In this document: in pieces, positions 27,992 to 36,591 of the stretch
How positions within the stretch are numbered: position 1 is the first letter of the stretch
Layout of the letters: every line of letters starts with the position of its first letter
From: Capsulimonadaceae bacterium
GTDB taxonomy: Bacteria; Armatimonadota; Armatimonadia; Armatimonadales; Capsulimonadaceae
DNA length: 64,000 nt
NCBI GenBank assembly: GCA_965215505.1
Contig: OZ244065.1
Location: 5,536,001-5,600,000, forward strand
Direction of reading: 5' to 3'
Translations under genes and position numbers: made by a program
Notes under the pieces: model-generated
What the model saw: the letters and a program-made list of their open reading frames with translations, nothing else
What the model was told of the DNA's origin: nothing
The model's database searches: none

Positions 27992-30754
27992 ATGCACACA
28001 CACCAATTCACCGGCCCAGGCTTCTGCGCTCGCCTGGCCGCTTTCGCGGCACTTCTCCTGCTCACACTCGGCCTTGCCCCGGCGGCAAGGGCAACGCCCA
28101 TCACGGTCATTGCCAGCTTCAACGTCACAAACGGGCAGCAGCCGATGTGCGGCGTGACCTTTGACGCCGCCGGGAACATGTATGGGACGACCTATCGGGG
28201 CGATTCAACACTTGGAAGCACCAACCAAGACGGCGTTGTCTGGAAGATCGCGCACGGAACCAACACCATCACGGACCTGGTGCAATTTACGGGCAATGGA
28301 TTTGTTCCAGCAAACCCGTATGGCAACGTCGCCGTGGACGCCAACGGCAATGTTTACGGCACCGTCTCCTCCGGCAGCGTCAACGGCAACAGCGGCTCCG
28401 GCGGCGTGTTTGAGATCGCCGCAGGCAGTGGCACTCTTACCGACCGCGGCGACTTTTCTGTCGGCGGCAACCCGGGCTGGCATCCTGTGGCCGGAGTGGC
28501 CCGCGACGCCGCCGGAAACCTGTTCGGCACGACGCAATACGGTTCTACCAATAATTCCGGCACCATCTGGGAGATCCCCGCCGGCGGGACCCTGACGACC
28601 ATCGCCTCCTTTCTGGGCACCGTTCCCAATGGGTCCGTTCCACTGGACGGAGTCACCCTGGACAGCCAGGGCAACCTCTACGGAACGTGTCAGCAGGGAG
28701 GCACCAGCGAATTTGGCGGTGCCGGCACCGTCTGGGAACTGCCCCACGGCTCCCACACGGTCGTCACTCTGGCCGAGTTCAACCAGACGAACGGGTATGC
28801 GCCAACCGGGGACGTGGCGGTGGACGCCGCCGGCAACGTGTACGGGACAACGACCGGCGGCGGCAGCACAAGCCGGAATGCCGGCGTCGTGTGGGAAGTC
28901 GTGGCCGGCACCAACACGGTCACCGACCTCGGCACATTCGCCGGCTCCATTGGCGCCAACACAGTCGACGGCTACACCCCGTCGGGCAATGTCGTCCTTG
29001 ACGGCGCGGGCAACCTCTTTGGGACAACGACCGGCGGCGGCACGAGCGACTTCGGCACGGTCTGGGAGATCCCTAAGAACGGCACACTCACCACCATCGC
29101 TTCCTTCTCCGGCGCGAACGGGGCCGCCCCGTATGGCGACGTGATGCTGGACGCCCAGGGCAACCTGTTCGGGACGACCGCCTCCGGTGGCCCCGCTAAC
29201 GCCGGCGTGGTCTGGGAGATGGTCGGCGTCGGCGTCCCCGTCGGCGTCGGGGGCGGCACGCCGGTCCCGACGGCTCTGACCCTGACCCCCAACCCCGCCT
29301 TCCCCGACACCACCATCAACGGGACCGTGACCTTCTCCCAGAGCGTCCCCGCCGGCACTTCAGTCGCCATCACCCGCAACGGGTCAACGTCGCTCGGGTC
29401 CATCGCCACTCCCACCACCGGAACCAGCCTGGCCTTCACTCTGCCCCTGCCCGGCTACCTGAACGGCTCGTACACCATCGGCGCGACCTTGAACGGCCAG
29501 ACTGCCAGCCAGACACTGACCGTCATCAGCGACCCGAACAAACCCGTGCCGGTCTCGCTCGTGTTCTCGCCCAGCCCCGCCCTGCCCGGCGCGGCCATCA
29601 CCGGCACCGTCACCCTGTCCGGTCCCGCGCCGGCGGGCGGCCTGAGCGTGGAGATCTTCGAGAACGGGACCGATCTCGGCACCGTCACCGTCGCCGCCGG
29701 GGCCAGCACCGGACTGTTCGGGCAGACGCTCACGGCGGGGACCTACGCCTACGCCGCCGTGGAGAACGGGGTGCAGGTGACGGCCACGCTCACCGTCTCC
29801 TCAACGATCCCCGCCGCCGGCCACACGCACCTGCTGTGGAACAACACGGACGGGCGCGTCATGCTGTGGAGCATCGCCGCCGATGGCACCTTCACTCTCA
29901 ACGGCTTCGGCCCCTACACCGACGGGGCACCGCAGAACAAGTGGACCGCCACGGCGGTGGCGACGGGGGCGGACGGCAAGAGCCACCTGCTGTGGAACAA
30001 CACCGACGGGCGCGTCATGCTCTGGACCGTGGACGACGCGGGCAACTTCACCCTGGCGGGCTACGGACCCTACACGGACGGGGCACCGCAGAACAAGTGG
30101 AGCGCCACGGCCGTCTCGGTCGGCCCCGGCAACGCCGTCCACCTGCTGTGGAGCAACACCGACCACCGGGCCATGCTCTGGAACGTGGCTTCGGACTTCA
30201 CCTTCACCCTGGCCGGGTACGGGCCGTACACCGACAATGCGCCCGGCAACCTGTGGAGCGCGACGGCTCTGGCCACCGGGCCGGACGGCGACAGCCACAT
30301 CCTGTGGAACAACACGGACAACCGGGTCATGCTGTGGAACGTGGCCTCGGACTTCACCTTCACGCTCGCTGGCTTCGGGCCGTACACCGACGGCGCACCG
30401 CAGAACCGGTGGAATGCGACGGCGCTGTCGGTCGGGCCGGACAACGTGCAGCACATCCTGTGGACGAACACCGACCGCCGGGCCATGTTCTGGAACGTAG
30501 ACAGCTCGTTCGGCTTCACGCTGGCCGGCTTCGGGCCGTACACGGACAACGCGCCCGGCAACCTGTGGAGCGCGGCGGCGGTGGCGACGGGACCCGACGG
30601 CCTCTCGCACCTTCTGTGGAACAACACCGACAACCGGGCGATGCTGTGGGGTGTGGACAGCGCCTTCAACTTCACCGTGGCCGGCTACGGGCCGTACACC
30701 GACAACGCGCCCGGCAACCTCTGGTCAGCCACCGCTGTCTCCGCAGGGCCATGA
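27992..30754 (+). CDS. Secreted beta-propeller (GloVer-like tandem repeat) + Ig-like protein with the same six-repeat C-terminal domain
   Basis: Signal peptide, DxxGNLYGTT..GG..GTVWE repeats, Ig-like segments, C-terminal repeats from about 29829. Confidence 0.85.
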   Translation: MHTHQFTGPGFCARLAAFAALLLLTLGLAPAARATPITVIASFNVTNGQQPMCGVTFDAAGNMYGTTYRGDSTLGSTNQDGVVWKIAHGTNTITDLVQFTGNGFVPANPYGNVAVDANGNVYGTVSSGSVNGNSGSGGVFEIAAGSGTLTDRGDFSVGGNPGWHPVAGVARDAAGNLFGTTQYGSTNNSGTIWEIPAGGTLTTIASFLGTVPNGSVPLDGVTLDSQGNLYGTCQQGGTSEFGGAGTVWELPHGSHTVVTLAEFNQTNGYAPTGDVAVDAAGNVYGTTTGGGSTSRNAGVVWEVVAGTNTVTDLGTFAGSIGANTVDGYTPSGNVVLDGAGNLFGTTTGGGTSDFGTVWEIPKNGTLTTIASFSGANGAAPYGDVMLDAQGNLFGTTASGGPANAGVVWEMVGVGVPVGVGGGTPVPTALTLTPNPAFPDTTINGTVTFSQSVPAGTSVAITRNGSTSLGSIATPTTGTSLAFTLPLPGYLNGSYTIGATLNGQTASQTLTVISDPNKPVPVSLVFSPSPALPGAAITGTVTLSGPAPAGGLSVEIFENGTDLGTVTVAAGASTGLFGQTLTAGTYAYAAVENGVQVTATLTVSSTIPAAGHTHLLWNNTDGRVMLWSIAADGTFTLNGFGPYTDGAPQNKWTATAVATGADGKSHLLWNNTDGRVMLWTVDDAGNFTLAGYGPYTDGAPQNKWSATAVSVGPGNAVHLLWSNTDHRAMLWNVASDFTFTLAGYGPYTDNAPGNLWSATALATGPDGDSHILWNNTDNRVMLWNVASDFTFTLAGFGPYTDGAPQNRWNATALSVGPDNVQHILWTNTDRRAMFWNVDSSFGFTLAGFGPYTDNAPGNLWSAAAVATGPDGLSHLLWNNTDNRAMLWGVDSAFNFTVAGYGPYTDNAPGNLWSATAVSAGP

Positions 30755-30775
30755 CGGGAAGCCATCCGCGCTCTC

Positions 30776-30805
30776 AGCCCCCGGCCCGCAAGGCCGGGGG
30801 CTTTT
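30776..30805 (+). terminator. Intrinsic terminator (paralog of the one at 27598)
   Basis: AGCCCCCGGCC-CGCAA-GGCCGGGGGCT-TTT. Confidence 0.85.
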
Positions 30806-30831
30806 CCCTTTGCGGGTATAATGATTGCATC

Positions 30832-32685
30832 ATGGCAGTCTCCCCCACGCTCGAAGAAAAGCTCCAGTCCCTCCCGACCTCGCCCGGCTGTTACCTCTAC
30901 AAAGACGCCGCCGGGGAGATCATCTACGTCGGCAAGGCGATCAACCTCCGCAGCCGCGTCCGGTCGTACTTCCAGAAGGGCGCGAAGCACACGGCCAAGA
31001 CGCGCAAGCTGGTCTCGCGCATCACGGACCTTGACATCATCATGGTGGACAGCGAGCTGGAGGCGCTTGTTCTAGAGTGTAACCTCATCAAGCAGCACCG
31101 GCCCCACTACAACGTCCGGCTGCGCGACGACAAGCACTACCCGTACCTGATGCTCACCATGAACGAGCCGTTTCCCCGGCTGTTGGTCACGCGCAAGGTG
31201 AAGCAGGACGGCGGGCGGTACTTCGGGCCGTTCACCAACTCCCGCGCCGTCTGGGACAGCCTGCGGCTGATCTACCGCCTGTTCCCGCTCGTCACCTGCC
31301 GCAAGGAGTGGGACAACACGCCCGTCCAGCGCCCCTGCCTCTACCACCAGATGGGCCGCTGTCCGCACGCGCCCTGCGCGGGACTGGGGAACAAGGAAGA
31401 ATACCGGAAGATGGTGGAGGATGTCGCCCTGTTCCTCGATGGCAAGCAGGACAAGCTGGTCAAGCAGCTACGCGCCGAGATGGACGAGGCCGCCGAGGAC
31501 CTGCAATTCGAAAAGGCCGCCCGGCTGCGTGACCAGTTGCAGGCCGTGGAAACATTGGTCGAGCGCCAGAAGGTGGTATCCACCAACCAGACCGACCAGG
31601 ACATCGTGGCCCTCGTCAACGACCAGGGCAAGAGCGCCGTCCAGATGTTCTTCATCCGCAACGGCAAGCTGATCGGCCAAGAACACTTCCTGCTGGACGG
31701 CATGGAGGGGGAGGAAGGCATCGAGGCGGCCACGGCCGAATTCGTCAAACAGTATTACCAGGAGGCCAGCTACGTCCCTCAGGAGATCGTCCTGCCTGCC
31801 CATGTCGAGGAAACCGTGATCATCGAGCAGTGGCTGCGTCAGAAGAAGGGCGCGAAAGTCACCCTGACCGTGCCGGAGCGCGGCGAGAAGAAGCAGCTCC
31901 TCGACATGGCCTCGCAGAACGCCAAGCAGGCCCTGGAACAGATGCAGGCGACGACCGCCGCCGAACACGACCGGACCGTCGGCGCGCTGATGGAGCTGCA
32001 AGACGCCCTGGGCCTGGACTCGCCGCCGGAGCGCATCGAGGCGTTCGACATCTCCACCATCCAGGGCAGCAACTCGGTCGGCGGCATGGTGGTCTTCCAG
32101 GACGGCAAGCCTTTGAAGTCCGATTACCGGCGCTTCAAGATCCAGAAGCCGACGCCGACCGGCGAGCCGAACGACTTCGCTATGATGCGCGAGGTGCTGA
32201 CGCGCCGCCTGAAGGAGTTCCAGTCGGACAACCCCAAGTTCAACACCCTGCCCGACCTGATGCTGATTGACGGCGGTAAGGGCCAGCTCTCGGTCGCCGT
32301 CTCGGTCGCCGCCGAACTTGGGCTGGAACTGAACATGATCGGCCTCGCCAAGCAGTACGAGCTGATCTACACGCCCGGCAAGTCCGAGCCTCTTGTCCTG
32401 CCCCGGAACTCCCAGGCCCTGTTCCTGCTTCAGCGCGTCCGCGACGAGGTCCACCGCTTCTCCGTCACCTACCACCGCACCCTGCGCGGCAAGAATGCCA
32501 CCATGTCCGTGCTGGACACCATCCCCGGCATCGGCCCGACCCGCCGCCGCGCGCTCCTGAACTTCTTCGGCAGCGTCGAGCGGCTGAAGCACGCGAATGT
32601 TGACCAGATCGCCAACGCCCCCGCCATGAACCGCAAGCTGGCGACCACCATCCACACGATGCTGCACGGGGGGGACGAGGCCTGA
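30832..32685 (+). CDS. uvrC: Excinuclease ABC subunit C
   Basis: GIY-YIG (GCYLYK..IYVGKA), RDDKHYPY, EAFDIS, LIDGGKGQL, RDEVHRF, HhH. The track's 949-aa ORF is over-extended upstream. Confidence 0.96.
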   Translation: MAVSPTLEEKLQSLPTSPGCYLYKDAAGEIIYVGKAINLRSRVRSYFQKGAKHTAKTRKLVSRITDLDIIMVDSELEALVLECNLIKQHRPHYNVRLRDDKHYPYLMLTMNEPFPRLLVTRKVKQDGGRYFGPFTNSRAVWDSLRLIYRLFPLVTCRKEWDNTPVQRPCLYHQMGRCPHAPCAGLGNKEEYRKMVEDVALFLDGKQDKLVKQLRAEMDEAAEDLQFEKAARLRDQLQAVETLVERQKVVSTNQTDQDIVALVNDQGKSAVQMFFIRNGKLIGQEHFLLDGMEGEEGIEAATAEFVKQYYQEASYVPQEIVLPAHVEETVIIEQWLRQKKGAKVTLTVPERGEKKQLLDMASQNAKQALEQMQATTAAEHDRTVGALMELQDALGLDSPPERIEAFDISTIQGSNSVGGMVVFQDGKPLKSDYRRFKIQKPTPTGEPNDFAMMREVLTRRLKEFQSDNPKFNTLPDLMLIDGGKGQLSVAVSVAAELGLELNMIGLAKQYELIYTPGKSEPLVLPRNSQALFLLQRVRDEVHRFSVTYHRTLRGKNATMSVLDTIPGIGPTRRRALLNFFGSVERLKHANVDQIANAPAMNRKLATTIHTMLHGGDEA

Positions 32686-33203
32686 TGGAGCCGTTGACGC
32701 CGGAGCAGGAGGAGCGGCTTGTTGAAGTCCGGCGGCTTCGCATCGAGGGCATCCAGGCCGCCAAGAAGCTGCGGAACGACGACGCGGAAGCGTTCTATCG
32801 GCAAGCCCTCCGTCTGCATGAGGACACGCTGGGGCAAGACGATCCCGGCATCGCGGACAGTCTGTGCGCCCTCGTTTACGAGTTTGGCCGTCATGGTCGT
32901 CATGCCGAGGCGGAGTCACTGATTGCCCGTTCTCTAGCTCTGTTGCACCAAAAACCTGTGCCGAAGTATCGTGGCATCCTGGGAACGCTGGACGGGTAGG
33001 CTAAGAGGTGCCACGAACGCGGGGACTATGGCAATGCAGAGCGGTATCACAGATGGGTGCTGGCGGCGCGGGAGGAACTCCTGGGACCGAACCATCCGCG
33101 CGTCGTAGCCACCCGCAGGAAGTACGTTGCGCTTCTCCAGGAAATGGGGCGCGAAAGTGATGCGCGTCAAGTGAGGTACAATGGGGAAGGAGAACTGAAA
33201 TGA
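32685..33203 (+). pseudogene. TPR (kinesin-light-chain-like) gene broken by an in-frame TAG
   Basis: After TAG 32997-32999 the frame continues AKRCHERGDYGNAERYHRWVLAAREELLGPNHPRV to TGA 33203. Confidence 0.8.
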
Positions 33204-33469
33204 CCATCACCCTTGTACCTGAAATTGAAGCGCGTCTTTGTGAGCGCGCAGCGAGGGACGGGAAAGACATGGAGGCACTCGTGAATCAAATGCTAGATGA
33301 GGCGCTGGCAGAGAAGGCCGAAAAAGAAGAAGCGTATCACCGCGCCCTGCTGGCATCCGGGCTGGTAAAGCGGATCGCCCGGCGGACGGAGCCGGACACG
33401 TCGGAGCGCCGTTTGATTGAAGTGCAAGGGGAGCCTGTCTCGGAGACGATTATGCGGGAGCGACGCTGA
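33200..33469 (+). CDS. Antitoxin (VapB-like)
   Basis: RHH-like MTITLVPEIEARL; C-terminal GEPVSETIMRERR; upstream of a PIN toxin. Confidence 0.75.
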   Translation: MTITLVPEIEARLCERAARDGKDMEALVNQMLDEALAEKAEKEEAYHRALLASGLVKRIARRTEPDTSERRLIEVQGEPVSETIMRERR

Positions 33470-33934
33470 ATGGCTTCCTACTTCGCGGACAGCAGCGCCC
33501 TCGTCAAGCGGTATGTGCAGGCACGCGGTTCGGCCTGGGTCATTGGCTTGTTCATGCCGTTTCCGCATGATGATGTCTACATCGTCGCAGTCACTCCCGT
33601 GGAGATCGTGGCTGTTCTAATGCGGCGCTCACGCTCGGGCACTATGACCGAGGCGGACGCGGCGGCGGCCTGTTCTCAGTTCCTCGCTGACTTGCCTCTG
33701 GACTATCAAGTGGTCGAAGTGACAGAGGGGATTATCAACCCTGCCATCCTTCTCGTGAAGAAGTATAAGCTGCGGGGCTATGATGCCATGCAACTGGCGG
33801 CGGGCTGTCAGGTGAATGCGGTCTGCCTCGCGACCGGTCTGCCTCCACTCGTCTTCATCTCGGCAGACAAAGAGCTAAACGCCGCCGCGAGCGGCGAGGG
33901 CCTGTCGGTGGACGACCCGAACGCGCACCTCTAG
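33470..33934 (+). CDS. vapC: VapC PIN-domain toxin
   Basis: DSSALVKRY, LRGYDAMQLA, FISADKEL. Confidence 0.9.
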   Translation: MASYFADSSALVKRYVQARGSAWVIGLFMPFPHDDVYIVAVTPVEIVAVLMRRSRSGTMTEADAAAACSQFLADLPLDYQVVEVTEGIINPAILLVKKYKLRGYDAMQLAAGCQVNAVCLATGLPPLVFISADKELNAAASGEGLSVDDPNAHL

Positions 33935-33941
33935 GACGAAC

Positions 33942-34343
33942 ATGCACTTGCTCCTGCGCTGGATACTGAGCGCCGTGGCCCTCTACATCACGGTGCTGCT
34001 GGGCCACTTCATCAATCTGAGCCATCCGGAAACCGGACTGCGGTTCTGGATCGCGCCGGGCCTTGCGGGCGTACAAGGGGCGCTGCTCTTCGTGCTGGCG
34101 TTGGGCGTCGCCAACGCTTTGCTGCGGCCCGTGCTGAAGGCCCTGACCCTGCCGCTGACCTGCCTGACCTTGGGGCTGTTCTCGTTCGTGGTGAACGCCT
34201 TCCTGTTCTGGCTGGTCGGGCAGTTCGTCCCCGGCTTCCACGTCGCCGGGTGGCAGGCACCGCTCTTCGGGTCGGTCGTGATGAGCCTCGTCGGGGGCCT
34301 CTTGAATAACGTCCTGGTGTCGAGACGGGAGCGAAAACGCTGA
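33942..34343 (+). CDS. YvlD-like 4-TM membrane protein (phage holin superfamily IV)
   Basis: NALLRPVLKALTLPLTCLTLGLF motif. Confidence 0.88.
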   Translation: MHLLLRWILSAVALYITVLLGHFINLSHPETGLRFWIAPGLAGVQGALLFVLALGVANALLRPVLKALTLPLTCLTLGLFSFVVNAFLFWLVGQFVPGFHVAGWQAPLFGSVVMSLVGGLLNNVLVSRRERKR

Positions 34344-35209
34344 TGCAGTTAGTCGTCATTACGGGGATGTCGGGCGCGGGCAAGGCGTCGGCGGCCAAGG
34401 TGTTCGAGGACATGGCCTACACGGTCGTGGACAACCTGCCGCCGATCCTGCTGCCCGAGCTGGTCGAGAAGTGCCTGGGGGCGGGGGAGCAGCCGCCGGG
34501 CGAGCGGCTTGCCGTCGTCATTGACGCCCGCTCCGGGTCGTTCCTCATGGGCCTGGAGCCGGCCCTCTCGCTGATCCGAAAGGCGGGAGTCCGGCCCATC
34601 GTGCTGTTTATCGATGCTTCCGACGGCGTGTTGATTCAGCGATTCAAGGAAACCCGGCGCAAGCACCCGCTGTTCGAAGACCAGGGCGGCATCCTGGGCA
34701 GCATCCGGGCCGAACGGTCGCTTCTGGAAGACATCAAGGAAAGCTCCGACAAGGTGGTGGACACTAGCGACATGGGCGCACACGAGCTGCGGACACTCCT
34801 GCTGTCCGAATTCGCGCCCGCGCAGGACAAGAGCCAGGGGCTGATCGTGACCGTGAATTCGTTCGGCTTCAAGTACGGCCTGCCGCTCGACGCCGACCTC
34901 GTTTTCGACGTGCGGTTCCTGGTCAACCCGCACTATGTGGACGACCTGCGGCCTTACGACGGGCGCAACCAGATCATCGAGGAGTTCGTCATGCGCGACC
35001 CGGACAGCGGCCTGTTCCTGGGGAAGCTGTACGACCTGATGGACTGGAGTGTCCCGCGCTACATCGCCGAGGGCAAGGCATACCTGACCGTCGCCATCGG
35101 CTGCACGGGCGGGCGGCACCGGTCCGTGGTCGTCTCGGAGAAGCTGGGCGCACACCTGCGCGCCCTCGGCTACCGCGTCCTAGTGCAGCACCGCGACGTG
35201 GATAAGTGA
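34343..35209 (+). CDS. rapZ: RNase adapter RapZ/YvcJ
   Basis: ITGMSGAGK, DNLPP, SFGFKYG, GCTGGRHRSV. Confidence 0.95.
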   Translation: MQLVVITGMSGAGKASAAKVFEDMAYTVVDNLPPILLPELVEKCLGAGEQPPGERLAVVIDARSGSFLMGLEPALSLIRKAGVRPIVLFIDASDGVLIQRFKETRRKHPLFEDQGGILGSIRAERSLLEDIKESSDKVVDTSDMGAHELRTLLLSEFAPAQDKSQGLIVTVNSFGFKYGLPLDADLVFDVRFLVNPHYVDDLRPYDGRNQIIEEFVMRDPDSGLFLGKLYDLMDWSVPRYIAEGKAYLTVAIGCTGGRHRSVVVSEKLGAHLRALGYRVLVQHRDVDK

Positions 35210-35236
35210 TGGAAGTGACGTTGTGAGAGTGACGCC

Positions 35237-36553
35237 ATGAGTGGCCTGTGGTCCTGGCTGAAATGGCTGTATCCGGGGATGCGCGTCAAGCGCTGGATGA
35301 TGCTGACCCTGGTCGGCCTCGTCATGGTCGTCGCGGGCATCATCCTCGCCGTCAACGTCACCTGGGGCAGCTACCTCCAGATACTGGATAACCTGCTCTA
35401 CTGGATCTTCGACAAGACCAACGGCTACCTGGACACCAGTGTCACCGGCGTCTATCTCCCCCTCGGCCTGACCCTGGTCACGCTCGGCCTGCTGATGATC
35501 TTCGTCTCCTACTTCCAGTTCAACCGCTCGGTTCTGGCGGCTGTTGCCCCCGAGGCGCGTGAAGACCTCGCCGACCGAATCTTCCAGCGCCGCTCGCTCG
35601 CACAGGGCCAGCGCATCGTCGTCCTGGGCGGCGGGACTGGACTGTCCACGATGCTGCGCGGCCTGAAGGAGCGGACCTCCAACATCGTCGCCATCGTCAC
35701 CGTCACCGACAACGGCGGGTCGTCGGGCCGGCTGTCCCAGCAGATGGGAGTCCTGCCGCCGGGCGACCTGCGGAACTGCCTGGTCGCCCTGGCCGACGCC
35801 GAGCCGACACTCGCCTCCCTGTTCCAGTTCCGCTTTGATGAGGACCAGGAGGGCCTAGCCGGACACTCGTTCGGCAACCTGTTCATCGCGGCCATGACCG
35901 AGATCTACAAGGGCAACTACGAGCAGGCCATCGCGGCGACTTCCAAGGTCCTCGCCATCCGGGGCAAGGTCTACCCGTCTACAGTCCAGAACGTGACGCT
36001 GCTGGGGGAGATGGAGGACGGGAGCATCATCGAGGGCGAGACACAGATCGCGCACCACGCGCTGCCCATCAGGCGGATGTATCTGCGGCCCGAGAACGCC
36101 CAGCCCCTGCCGGAAGCCTTGGAGGCCATCCGGCTGGCCGACGCCATCATCATGGGGCCGGGCAGCGTCTACACCAGCGTCGTCCCGAACCTGCTGGTGG
36201 ACGGCATCGCCGAGGCGATCCACCGAAGCCGGGCCGTCAAGATCTACGTCTGCAACGTGATGACCCAGCCGGGCGAGACGGATAACTACACCGCCTCAGA
36301 CCATGTGCGCGCTTTGATGCTGCACGCGCCAGGCAGGCGGCTACTGGACTACGTCCTGATCAACAAGGAGCCGCCGGCCCATGAGGTCTTGGAGCGGTAC
36401 GAGAAGTACGGCCAAAGGTTCGTCACGCCCGACGCCGACGCCATCCGGGCCATGGGATTAACGCCGGTCGCCGTCAACCTCATCTCCCAGACCGACATCG
36501 TCCGCCACGACCCGGCCCATCTCGCCGAGGCCATCTACCGGATCATTCTGTAG
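35237..36553 (+). CDS. yvcK: YvcK/GlmR gluconeogenesis factor with N-terminal TMs
   Basis: GGGTGLS, DNGGSSG, PGDLRNC, GHSFGNL, TQPGET. Confidence 0.93.
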   Translation: MSGLWSWLKWLYPGMRVKRWMMLTLVGLVMVVAGIILAVNVTWGSYLQILDNLLYWIFDKTNGYLDTSVTGVYLPLGLTLVTLGLLMIFVSYFQFNRSVLAAVAPEAREDLADRIFQRRSLAQGQRIVVLGGGTGLSTMLRGLKERTSNIVAIVTVTDNGGSSGRLSQQMGVLPPGDLRNCLVALADAEPTLASLFQFRFDEDQEGLAGHSFGNLFIAAMTEIYKGNYEQAIAATSKVLAIRGKVYPSTVQNVTLLGEMEDGSIIEGETQIAHHALPIRRMYLRPENAQPLPEALEAIRLADAIIMGPGSVYTSVVPNLLVDGIAEAIHRSRAVKIYVCNVMTQPGETDNYTASDHVRALMLHAPGRRLLDYVLINKEPPAHEVLERYEKYGQRFVTPDADAIRAMGLTPVAVNLISQTDIVRHDPAHLAEAIYRIIL

Positions 36554-36591
36554 GGGCACAGCGGGAGAAGAGGGCGCGGCAAGCAACGCCC

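Noticed and set aside
26650-30751. Tandem repeats as a CRISPR array or DGR
   Set aside because: Repeats are 156-bp in-frame coding units without spacers; no cas or reverse transcriptase genes; differences are not obviously adenine-specific.
29836-30831. N-terminal extension of UvrC in the 949-aa ORF
   Set aside because: Alternate frame of the repeat domain; crosses a terminator; true start is ATG 30832.
33942-34343. Holin as evidence of a prophage
   Set aside because: YvlD-type gene in its usual housekeeping context; no phage genes nearby.
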